Below, in pieces: positions 37,607-46,197 of a DNA stretch of 64,000 nucleotides (position 1 is the stretch's first letter; the number at the start of each line of letters is the position of its first letter). The DNA lies in NCBI GenBank assembly GCA_037133435.1, contig JBAXOD010000004.1:90-64089 (forward strand), read 5' to 3'. The notes below the pieces were generated by a model. The model saw nothing but the letters and a program-made list of their open reading frames with translations, did no database searches and was not told the DNA's origin. This stretch comes from Candidatus Moraniibacteriota bacterium. Lineage in GTDB: Bacteria; Patescibacteriota; Minisyncoccia; Moranbacterales; UBA1568. A program made the position numbers and the translations under genes.

Positions 37607-38824
37607 TCATTCGGCTTCTTTCAAAATATTCCTATAGATTTTTTCAAGCTTTTCCCCCGTCTTGTCCCAGGTGAAATCGTGCGACCGGAGCCGGTTGGCC
37701 CGTCCGATATCGTCCCATGATGCCCGTTTTCCGGCAAGCGAGACAATGGCGTCGGAAAGCGATTCAGGCGTATTCGTGACCGCATACACGCCCCCGTCAC
37801 CGAGATAGTTCCGATTGTTTTGCGTATCGAAACAGACGACCGGAAGTCCGGCTCCCATATACTGCAGCATCTTGCCGCTCGCCTGACCCGTATCCTCGTG
37901 TTTCGGGTCAATCGCGAAATCACCGATACCGAGAATGTCGCCGATCGTGAAATATGGGAGAGGAGAAACGACCGTCACCCGATCAGTCACGCCGTATTTC
38001 GAAAGAAGCGCCTCAAGCTGGTCCTTGGGAAATCCCGCAAGCACGAAACGGAGATCCGTCACGTTCGCAAGCGACGAAGGAATCGAACCGACGAGCGCCT
38101 CCACGCCCTTGTTCGGCAGAAACGATCCGGTATAAACGGCAACCGTCGCGTCTTGCGGGATACCATACCGTTCCCGAATGCCCGATCGGATATCCGGAGA
38201 AAGCTTTGGAAGGTCCCGGGCGCCGTCAAGTGCCGTTTCCACCGGCCCCTTTTTTCGTATCTGCGAGATCTCGTCCGCGCTCGCCCACGAACTCGCCACG
38301 GCCGCATCGCCGAGATCATTGAGCCATGCCTCGACCGACCGGAAAATCCGACGAAGCAGACCACCCCGAAGATAGGCGTGGGAAGCCATCTCTCTCGTCA
38401 GACTGCCCTGGAAGTCCGCCACGAGTTTCGGGCGCTGCCCATGGAGACGCAGAAGCAGGATCGCCACCCACGCGATCGCCACGCCCTCGTGGATATGCGC
38501 GTGTATGATATCGGGCCTGAATTCGCGCGACACGGTATACGTCTTGCGGATGAGCAGCACGTCGAGGACGAGTTTCTGCCAATCCGGTCCGGCTTCGAGT
38601 TTGCGGTACCAGAACAGCAGGCGGCGGATACGCCGAACCTCGATGCCGGGATTCTCGGGTTCGGGAATATCGCGGCCGATGTGATAGGTCACGATCTTCA
38701 CCTCGTGACCGAGATGAACCAGGGCCCGCGCTTCCTCCAGGATACGGATATGCATCCCCCGATCCGCGAAGAACGGGGTCGGGGCCACCATGAGCACTTT
38801 TAGATGCTGCCGCGATTCGGTCAT
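37607..38824 (-). CDS. GT4 glycosyltransferase.
   Basis: LKVLMVAPTPFFADRGMHIRILEE... GQASGKMLQYMGAGLPVV. Confidence 0.75.
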   Translation of the reverse strand: MTESRQHLKVLMVAPTPFFADRGMHIRILEEARALVHLGHEVKIVTYHIGRDIPEPENPGIEVRRIRRLLFWYRKLEAGPDWQKLVLDVLLIRKTYTVSREFRPDIIHAHIHEGVAIAWVAILLLRLHGQRPKLVADFQGSLTREMASHAYLRGGLLRRIFRSVEAWLNDLGDAAVASSWASADEISQIRKKGPVETALDGARDLPKLSPDIRSGIRERYGIPQDATVAVYTGSFLPNKGVEALVGSIPSSLANVTDLRFVLAGFPKDQLEALLSKYGVTDRVTVVSPLPYFTIGDILGIGDFAIDPKHEDTGQASGKMLQYMGAGLPVVCFDTQNNRNYLGDGGVYAVTNTPESLSDAIVSLAGKRASWDDIGRANRLRSHDFTWDKTGEKLEKIYRNILKEAE

Positions 38825-38867
38825 TTCGGTATGTTCAACAGCCAATCACCCGTATCATCCATATTCA

Positions 38868-41333
38868 TCAACCGAGATCCGCCTCGGAAATCGTGACGGT
38901 CCCCCGTTCGGCCACTTCTCCCGAGATCACTTTCCGCACGATCACGTCCTCGATGTGATCCTCGATATACCGGTTGATGGAACGCGCCCCGAATACCGGC
39001 TCATATCCGCGGGCGACTACGGCGGCGGCGAGACCCGGCGCGAATTCGATACCGATGTTCTTCTGCTTGCGGATCCGCGCCGCGAGCGCGGCCAGCTTGT
39101 TGTCCACGACCTGGCACAATTCCCCTCCCTCAAGCGGGGCGAAACAGATGATGCCGTCGAATCGGTTCAAGAATTCCGTACGGAAAATCCCCGTCGCCGC
39201 GATATCTGCCAAGATCCGCTGCCGCATCACCTCTTGCGTCGCCCCTTCCGTGACGAGCTGCGCGATGAGACCGGAACTCGCGTTCGACGTCGCGATGATG
39301 ATCGACTTGCGGAAATTGATCTTCTTGCCGAACCCGTCGGTCACGAATCCCTCGTCGAGGATCTGCAGGAAGATATCGAGTACCTTCGGATACGCCTTCT
39401 CGATCTCGTCGAGCAACACGACCGAGAACGGGTGCTCCTTCATGATATTTGACAAGCGACCCTCCTCGCCGGTGATGCCCGATCCGAGCATGTGCTCGGC
39501 TGCATCGGACGATTGGAATTCGCTCATGTCGAGCCGGACCATCCGGTTCTCGTCCCCGAAATATGCCTCGGCGAGCGCCTTGGCCGTCTCGGTCTTGCCG
39601 ACGCCGGTCGGTCCGAGAAACAGGAAGGATCCGAGCGGACGATTCGGATTGCCGAAACCGGCCCGGGCACGACGAAGCGATTCGGATACCTGCCGGACAG
39701 CCTCGTCTTGTCCCACAACTCGATAATGCAGGATCTCCTCGAGCTTGAGCAGGCGCTCCTTCTCGCTGTCCCCGAGCGTGCCGATCGGAACGCCGGTCTT
39801 GATCGATACGTACGTGGCGACGGACTTTTGCGTGATGTACGGCCCGTCCGGATCCATCTGCCAGTTGCGAAGCGTCTGCGCCGCGAGATCGATCGCCTTT
39901 TCCGGATACGGGATATCCCATTCGTACTGTCCGGAATATTCGACGATGGACTGGAGCGCCTTCCAGGAATAGAGGACCCCGACACGCTCCTCCGGCCCGA
40001 GCACGTCGAGCATGATGCGGACCGTATCGTCCGATCCGGGTTCCCGGAGATAGACCGCCTCGAAGAATTTGAGCGTGGGTTCGTCGTCATGGGCGAGCGA
40101 ATGATACCCGGCGGTACCCATCATGCCGATGACCCGAAACGATGACAACGGGAGGAATTCCGCGAATACCCCGGACAGGTCGATCCGCCCCGCCTTGCCG
40201 CTCAAATACATGTCGAGGTTGTCGATCACGAGCACGACATTGCCCGCGTTGGTCGCCTCGTAGAACAGGGAACGGACGAAGTTGGCCGGATCCTCCCCGC
40301 GGTTTCCGGCATCGCCGACCGCGACCGAAAGATCGAACGAGACGAATCGGAGCTGTTCGAAGCCCGGCAGATCCCCTTCCCGGATCTTTCGCGCGAGCGC
40401 ATGCACGAAGGTCTTCTTGCCGATTCCGGCATCGCCGACCAGGATGAGGCTGTTCTGCCCGGGACGGCCGAGGAGCAACGTCGTGATACGGAGTTCGTCG
40501 TCGCGACCGAAGAGGTGCAGCTTCGAATACTCGGAATAATCCTCGTGCGAGATGTCCACGGAATAGCGGTCGAGGTGGACGGTGAATCCGAATTGCCACC
40601 CGCGACCGATAGGAACGGTCTTCCGAAGGTTCTCCCACAAGAGCGGTTGCCGACGTTTCGCGTTGCGTTCCGCGGCGAGCGCCTCATAGGTGACGATCGC
40701 TTCGAAATCATCGACACTCATATTGAGTTCCGCCAGCCGATCATTGAACGACTCGTCGGTCTTCCAATCCCGCGCATGGAAATCCGCAGGAGCGATGCCG
40801 AGCCGCCCAAGCACGCGCGGGAACCATCTCATCTTGAATAACTGACTGCGGTCACGCGGGAGAAACACCTTCGGCTGACGGGAAAAGAACGCCACGAGCT
40901 GTGACAGCAATACGACGAACGCGAAGAGGAGGAACAGCCATTCCGCCCTGCCGACATTTCCGAAGGGCGTCCTGACCACGAACCAGAAGAGGACCGGCAA
41001 AGATGCGAGCCAGAAGAGGATGTAGACGACACCGAAAACGGCCAAGAAAGCGATGGATGCGACTCCGGCGACCAGCACGAAACTGCGGACGATCACTCCC
41101 ATGAACCGCGAGAAGATATTCATCGCGAAACGGTTGAGTGTTTTCGGTATATCGAGTCCGAGCCAATCCTTCGGTGAACTGTCACGTTTCCACGGCGCGA
41201 AAAATGTCGGGATAAGATCGCGGAAATTGAACAGGTGCACGAAATACCTGAAGAGTGTCTCCCACGACGAAACGAGGGCGAAAAACCCTTCGAAATACAT
41301 CCACAACAAGAAAGAGAACGGGAACATAGACAA
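38868..41333 (-). CDS. ClpA/ClpB-family double-AAA+ ATPase with an N-terminal polytopic membrane domain in place of the Clp N-domain.
   Basis: AAA-1 is GRDDELRITTLLLGRPGQNSLILVGDAGIGKKT. AAA-2 is LFLGPTGVGKTETAKALAEAYFGDENRMVRLDMSEF... VVLLDEIEKAYPKVLDIFLQILDEG. The first ~230 aa have 4-5 TM helices. Confidence 0.7.
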   Translation of the reverse strand: MSMFPFSFLLWMYFEGFFALVSSWETLFRYFVHLFNFRDLIPTFFAPWKRDSSPKDWLGLDIPKTLNRFAMNIFSRFMGVIVRSFVLVAGVASIAFLAVFGVVYILFWLASLPVLFWFVVRTPFGNVGRAEWLFLLFAFVVLLSQLVAFFSRQPKVFLPRDRSQLFKMRWFPRVLGRLGIAPADFHARDWKTDESFNDRLAELNMSVDDFEAIVTYEALAAERNAKRRQPLLWENLRKTVPIGRGWQFGFTVHLDRYSVDISHEDYSEYSKLHLFGRDDELRITTLLLGRPGQNSLILVGDAGIGKKTFVHALARKIREGDLPGFEQLRFVSFDLSVAVGDAGNRGEDPANFVRSLFYEATNAGNVVLVIDNLDMYLSGKAGRIDLSGVFAEFLPLSSFRVIGMMGTAGYHSLAHDDEPTLKFFEAVYLREPGSDDTVRIMLDVLGPEERVGVLYSWKALQSIVEYSGQYEWDIPYPEKAIDLAAQTLRNWQMDPDGPYITQKSVATYVSIKTGVPIGTLGDSEKERLLKLEEILHYRVVGQDEAVRQVSESLRRARAGFGNPNRPLGSFLFLGPTGVGKTETAKALAEAYFGDENRMVRLDMSEFQSSDAAEHMLGSGITGEEGRLSNIMKEHPFSVVLLDEIEKAYPKVLDIFLQILDEGFVTDGFGKKINFRKSIIIATSNASSGLIAQLVTEGATQEVMRQRILADIAATGIFRTEFLNRFDGIICFAPLEGGELCQVVDNKLAALAARIRKQKNIGIEFAPGLAAAVVARGYEPVFGARSINRYIEDHIEDVIVRKVISGEVAERGTVTISEADLG

Positions 41334-41452
41334 CCTTTGACGTCGTCACATCGGGCGCGACGTTTCTCCCTTTATTTTACCCGTGAAGGTCACCTTTTGC
41401 AAACCGGGTCACCGATTTTGAACTGACCGGACCTTTCAGGTATACTGTCAAT

Positions 41453-43225
41453 ATGAAACATGATACTTCCGCAGCCGACAACGAATGGCGTTTCTTGTAC
41501 GCGATGGCAGGAATCGTCGCATTCGGATTGTTCTCATACGGTGCGACCGTCACCGGGATTCTCTTTCTTCCGGTCGCGCTCATCTTCGCTCTTCCCGTCT
41601 TCGTCCTCACGCTCACTTTTCTTTTTCGATGGTTGCTCGTAGAAACCGTTCCGACCCGTATCATAGTCGCGATCGCGATATTCCTTCCGATAGTTCTCCT
41701 CCCCTTCGCCGAGCCGACGATTTTTTCAGGCCGTGACCAGGGTGCTATCGCGGAAGCCGCGATCGAGCTCTCTGACAACGGCTCACTCCATTTCGGCGGA
41801 CCGGCCATACGGACCTTTTTCAGTATGTACGGACCGGGGAAAGCGCTGAACTTCCCGGGTTTCTTCTACACCGATCAGGGCGAACTCTCGACGCAGTTCC
41901 CCATCGGCTCGATCGCGTTCCATGGCGCATTCGTTTCCCTCTTCGGCACGAACGGACTCCTTGTCGGAAACGGGGTCCTGCTCTTCGCGTCTCTGCTCAT
42001 GGTTTTCATGATTGTTCGTTTTCTCGCCGACGAATGGTATGCCACAGGTGCTTTCCTTGCCGCGGCCGTATCGTTTCTTCCTCTCTGGTTCGCGAAATCC
42101 GCGCTTTCCGAAAACCTCTCGCTCTTTCTCTTCCTGTTCCTCTCGTATTCCCTGGTACGGTTCCTTCGCAAGCCCGACGCTCTTTTGTTTTTATTCTCGC
42201 TCGCCTCGGCGATACTGCTTTCGGCGACCCGTATGGAAGGCCTCTTCTCGCTTGCCGTCACGGTCGTCCTCCTCTTCCTCACCACTCCGGAAAAAACGTT
42301 CTCCTCAAAGAATCCGTTTCTCTTCCGCGTCCTTCCGTTACTCGTCATATCTGTCATGCTGTTTGTGAACGTATTTTCCGCGATGCCGGCCTTCCGGAGC
42401 ATCGGCAAGGCCATCTTGCAAAGCCAGATCATATCGGGGTCCGCCACCGCAGCGACCGGTATCTCGGCCACGATATCACTGTGGACACTCTTCGTTCCCT
42501 ACGGACTGTTCCTCCCGTTCTCTCTCGGCCTTGTCGGCATCGCGATATTGTTCTTTCGGAAACGATTCATCGAGCTCGTCCCGGCGGCGCTTGCCCTCCC
42601 GGCATTCATTTTTTTCCTCTATCCGAATATCACCCCGGATCATCCATGGATGCTGAGACGGTACCTTTTCTCATTGTGGCCGACGCTTTTCATCGCGTTT
42701 CCGGTCGCGCTCCGATCCGTTTTAACATCACGAAAGGCACACGCTGCCCAAATGTCGGGAAAAGCGATACCGACCGCCATCTTCGCGGTCGTCATCCTCT
42801 GGTCGCTTCCCGCGACCATCTCCACATTCGCCTTCTCGGACGATCACGGGCTGGCCGATGAAACGGCATCGCTTTCGGAACACATCGGGGACCGCGATCT
42901 CGTCTTGGTCGACCGCGCCGCGACCGGTGATCCGTACGCCATGCCCGCCGGACCGCTCCGATTCCTCTCCCACAAGAATGCCGCCTACTTTTTCAATCCT
43001 TCGGATTATGAGAAGATACGAAAAGACGATTACGATCATATCTTTCTGCTCGCCCCGGCGGATTCCGCTCTTTTATGGGAAAAGCAGAACGTAAGCCTGA
43101 TTCCCGTCACGAAAACCGTCTTTTCCTTCGACCGACTCGAACGGTTGCCTCTTCGGGACCCACGATTCCCCACCCGGGAAACCGTCTCACAGGAAGCGCT
43201 ACTGTTCGAACTCAAGCCCCTATGA
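41453..43225 (+). CDS. Polytopic membrane protein, possible GT-C-type glycosyltransferase.
   Basis: 590 aa with more than 10 TM helices plus a C-terminal soluble domain. No diagnostic motif. Confidence 0.3.
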   Translation: MKHDTSAADNEWRFLYAMAGIVAFGLFSYGATVTGILFLPVALIFALPVFVLTLTFLFRWLLVETVPTRIIVAIAIFLPIVLLPFAEPTIFSGRDQGAIAEAAIELSDNGSLHFGGPAIRTFFSMYGPGKALNFPGFFYTDQGELSTQFPIGSIAFHGAFVSLFGTNGLLVGNGVLLFASLLMVFMIVRFLADEWYATGAFLAAAVSFLPLWFAKSALSENLSLFLFLFLSYSLVRFLRKPDALLFLFSLASAILLSATRMEGLFSLAVTVVLLFLTTPEKTFSSKNPFLFRVLPLLVISVMLFVNVFSAMPAFRSIGKAILQSQIISGSATAATGISATISLWTLFVPYGLFLPFSLGLVGIAILFFRKRFIELVPAALALPAFIFFLYPNITPDHPWMLRRYLFSLWPTLFIAFPVALRSVLTSRKAHAAQMSGKAIPTAIFAVVILWSLPATISTFAFSDDHGLADETASLSEHIGDRDLVLVDRAATGDPYAMPAGPLRFLSHKNAAYFFNPSDYEKIRKDDYDHIFLLAPADSALLWEKQNVSLIPVTKTVFSFDRLERLPLRDPRFPTRETVSQEALLFELKPL

Positions 43226-44379
43226 TCCTCTTCGATGCCGCCACCGTCCTGCCAGAAAAGATCCGGATCCGATTCCGATGGTTTCAGGTCGTCTTGGTAC
43301 TGGTCTTCCTCTTCGCCGCCTTCATGTCGGGATACGCCCTCCTGTTCCCGTTCCAGAATTTCTCGTTCAACTTCTCGAATCCGGACACCGCCAAAAACAC
43401 GCTCGAAGATCCGGTCGGACCGGACCTGACGAGTCTCAAAAAAGGACGGGTGAAGGCCGGCGAAACGCTCCGCACCTATGCCGGCACCACGGCGAGTTTC
43501 TCGTCGGTCCGGGTCGATCTCGCGCTGGAAAAGGATTCGCCGCTCCCCGATATGATCACGGTCTCGCTGCGCCGCTCATTCCGCTCGTTTTTCCTGCCCG
43601 CCGGCAAACCGCTCGACAGCGCACCGGATCAACGCGTCCTGGCCGTTGACGGTTCCCCGTACCTGTTCTCGCAGCAATCACTCTCCCCGTTCATAAGCGA
43701 CACGGCCGCCCTTTCCTGGGCGCCGAAGGAAAAAGTCCTTCCGGGAAAGAACGACATCCTTACGATTTTCCCTCCGCAGGATACGCTCGTGGGATTCCGT
43801 CATGGGACACTCGTTTCCGACGCACAGGGCGTGTATGCGATCGGTGGCGACGACAAGGCCCATCCGATCGGCAATACGACCGTCTTCGAATCGCTCGGTT
43901 TTCATTGGAACGATGTGCGCCCGGTCAGCGAGGAAGAACTCGGTTTGCACAAGAGGGGGAAGATAATCCTCTTCGACGCCGCACAGCCGGACGGAACGGT
44001 GTTCCTCGACCGTGCCACGAAGCAGTATTATGTCATCGACTCGGGAACCAAAGCCCCTATCGTGAACAAGGACCGGCTCGATACGCTTCTGGGTGTCACG
44101 ACCCCGATAGAGGCTACGAGCGATACGTTCCGACGCCCCGTGAAGTGTGTCCTGAATAAAAACATCCTTCCCTTCGGACGCACCTATTCCTGCGATATCC
44201 CGATCGAGTCGCTTCGTAACCTGCCCGGAGGCAGCTTCGAACTCTCGCTCGATTCGGTGCGCGACTTGCATCTGGCCGATCTTTCCCTCAGTTTCCACAC
44301 GAGTCCGGACTGGCAGAATTTCTCCCTGTTCCTCACCCAGCTGAAAGAGCGGTTTCTCGCCGTCTATGGCAAAAAATAA
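43222..44379 (+). CDS. Membrane-anchored hypothetical protein (N-terminal TM helix plus ~350-aa extracytoplasmic domain).
   Basis: Start taken at MILFDAATVLPEK... giving an ATGA overlap with the upstream gene. Confidence 0.4.
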   Translation: MILFDAATVLPEKIRIRFRWFQVVLVLVFLFAAFMSGYALLFPFQNFSFNFSNPDTAKNTLEDPVGPDLTSLKKGRVKAGETLRTYAGTTASFSSVRVDLALEKDSPLPDMITVSLRRSFRSFFLPAGKPLDSAPDQRVLAVDGSPYLFSQQSLSPFISDTAALSWAPKEKVLPGKNDILTIFPPQDTLVGFRHGTLVSDAQGVYAIGGDDKAHPIGNTTVFESLGFHWNDVRPVSEEELGLHKRGKIILFDAAQPDGTVFLDRATKQYYVIDSGTKAPIVNKDRLDTLLGVTTPIEATSDTFRRPVKCVLNKNILPFGRTYSCDIPIESLRNLPGGSFELSLDSVRDLHLADLSLSFHTSPDWQNFSLFLTQLKERFLAVYGKK

Positions 44380-44382
44380 CCT

Positions 44383-44844
44383 ATGAACCGGCAGAAAAAG
44401 ACCATTCGGAAGCGATTCAGCACGATCCGTTCGACCGGAGCCGTTTTCGTGAAAAATTCACGGGAATGGATCGTATCGATGTTCCCTTTTTCCTATGCCG
44501 CTCTCCTCGACATCATCGAACTGTCGCTGTTCGCATTCGCCCTCATCATCACCGCCGAGGCCGTCCTCCCCGGCATCATCTCGCTCCGATTGAACCTGGC
44601 GAAGCCGTTTTTCGTCATCCTCATCCTGATCGCGCTTTCGGGACTCATCGGCCGGAAAATCGGCGCCTCGTTCCCGTTCGTTCCCGACAAGAAAAGCCCG
44701 GTCACATGGATCGGTATCTCGTGGCTTGCGTTCCTGCTCACCCTGTCTTCGATCAAGTTCTCTCCGTTTCTCGTACCGATCATCGTCGGCGCGTTCTTCC
44801 TCATCATCCGTCTCTTTTGGAAACTGCTCTTCCGCAAGGGATAA
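44383..44844 (+). CDS. Small integral membrane protein.
   Basis: 153 aa, 4 TM helices. Confidence 0.4.
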   Translation: MNRQKKTIRKRFSTIRSTGAVFVKNSREWIVSMFPFSYAALLDIIELSLFAFALIITAEAVLPGIISLRLNLAKPFFVILILIALSGLIGRKIGASFPFVPDKKSPVTWIGISWLAFLLTLSSIKFSPFLVPIIVGAFFLIIRLFWKLLFRKG

Positions 44845-44873
44845 CGACAACCGTTTCAGATTGCAAAGACGAC

Positions 44874-44906
44874 AAAAAAATCGGAACGATCACGTTCCGT
44901 TTTTTG
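44874..44906. terminator. Bidirectional intrinsic terminator.
   Basis: acaaaaaaatcggaacgatcacgttccgttttttg. Confidence 0.65.
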
Positions 44907-44918
44907 CGTTCGTGAAAT

Positions 44919-46037
44919 TTATACGTTCCGTATGCAATCGAGGGTCTCCTCCGCGCACCGATCCCAGGAGAAAAGTTTCACACGTTCATATCCCTTCGCG
45001 ATAAGCCGCTCACGAAGCGATTCGTCTTCCCACAACAGCGAAAGTTTTTCCGCGATATCGTTCTCGAGATACGGATCGACATAGAGCGCGGCATCGCCCC
45101 CGACTTCCGGCAGGCTCGAGATGTTCGAGGTGAGTACCGGCGTTCCCGAAGCGAACGCTTCGAGGACCGGCAGACCGAATCCTTCATACAGCGACGGGAA
45201 TGCGAAGCATCGCGCACCCCTATACCAGACCGGGAGTTCGCTCATCGGTGCCTGTCCGACGCGGACGATGTCTGCCGCGAACCGGCTCCGCTCCATGCGT
45301 GAGACGATGTCGTCGGATAACCATGCTTTCTCGCCTACGATGACGAGTTTCATCTCCGGATGTTTCTTTTTCGCTTTCTCGAATGCCGAGACGAGCCGGA
45401 TAAGATTTTTTCGCGGCTGGATCGCGCCCACGTAGAGTGCGTACGAACCGGACGAGAGACCGTATCGGTTCAACACTGCGCCCAGTTCAGCCTCATCTAT
45501 CGTCCTCGAGAAGAAATCCGCATTCACCCCGTGATGGATGACGGTGATTTTCGATTCGGGCACGTGCGGATAAAACCGCATGATATCCGCCTTCGTCGAT
45601 TCCGAAACCGCGATGATCCGTGTCGCCTTGCTGATAAGGACACCGAGCAACAGATTCAGTTTGGCCCGCGAAGCGGCTGGGAACGTCTTCGGGAAAAATC
45701 GGAACGCAAGGTCGTGCACGGTCGCGACGATCTCCACCCCGGGCGGCGTGGTGACCGGAGCCGCCTGTACGGGTATGAAGATCCGGTCCGGTCGCATCCG
45801 ATACAGCGCCTGGGCGAAAGCGGTCTGCATCCACAGACGCTCCCCGGGAAGCGCGATAATCTCGTAGTTTTGGAGTTTCGGCGGTGCGAGCTCGGGATTG
45901 AACTCGCCTTTGTGGCAGATAAAGAACGTATCGTCGCGATCGATGTCGCCGAAACGCCGAAGCAGTTCACGGATGTACGTCCGCGTCCCATCCACCCGCT
46001 TGGCATCCAGATCCGCCGCCTGTATCGCTATTCTCAT
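44919..46037 (-). CDS. GT4 glycosyltransferase.
   Basis: MRIAIQAADL... PSLYEGFGLPVLEAFASGTPVLTSN. Confidence 0.8.
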   Translation of the reverse strand: MRIAIQAADLDAKRVDGTRTYIRELLRRFGDIDRDDTFFICHKGEFNPELAPPKLQNYEIIALPGERLWMQTAFAQALYRMRPDRIFIPVQAAPVTTPPGVEIVATVHDLAFRFFPKTFPAASRAKLNLLLGVLISKATRIIAVSESTKADIMRFYPHVPESKITVIHHGVNADFFSRTIDEAELGAVLNRYGLSSGSYALYVGAIQPRKNLIRLVSAFEKAKKKHPEMKLVIVGEKAWLSDDIVSRMERSRFAADIVRVGQAPMSELPVWYRGARCFAFPSLYEGFGLPVLEAFASGTPVLTSNISSLPEVGGDAALYVDPYLENDIAEKLSLLWEDESLRERLIAKGYERVKLFSWDRCAEETLDCIRNV

Positions 46038-46049
46038 ATTCATATCATT

Positions 46050-46190
46050 TCGAAATCACTCCCGCCCGTTCCACTATCCGCATAACACCCCGTTCCGCGT
46101 CGACCTCGACGAGATCACCATTGCGCAGGATTTGAGTCGCGATCTTGGTTCCGACGATGCATGGAATTCCAAGCTCGCGGCTTGTCAGTG
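46050..46190 (-). pseudogene. Remnant of a PEP-utilizers swivel domain lacking the catalytic-His segment.
   Basis: Translation SLTSRELGIPCIVGTKIATQILRNGDLVEVDAERGVMRIVERAGV lies in a different frame from the upstream ORF. The ...GGxTCHAAIV segment is missing. Confidence 0.45.
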
Positions 46191-46197
46191 ATACTTC

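Noticed and set aside
37820-38803. 327-aa plus-strand ORF.
   Set aside because: It is antisense to the GT4 gene 37607..38824.
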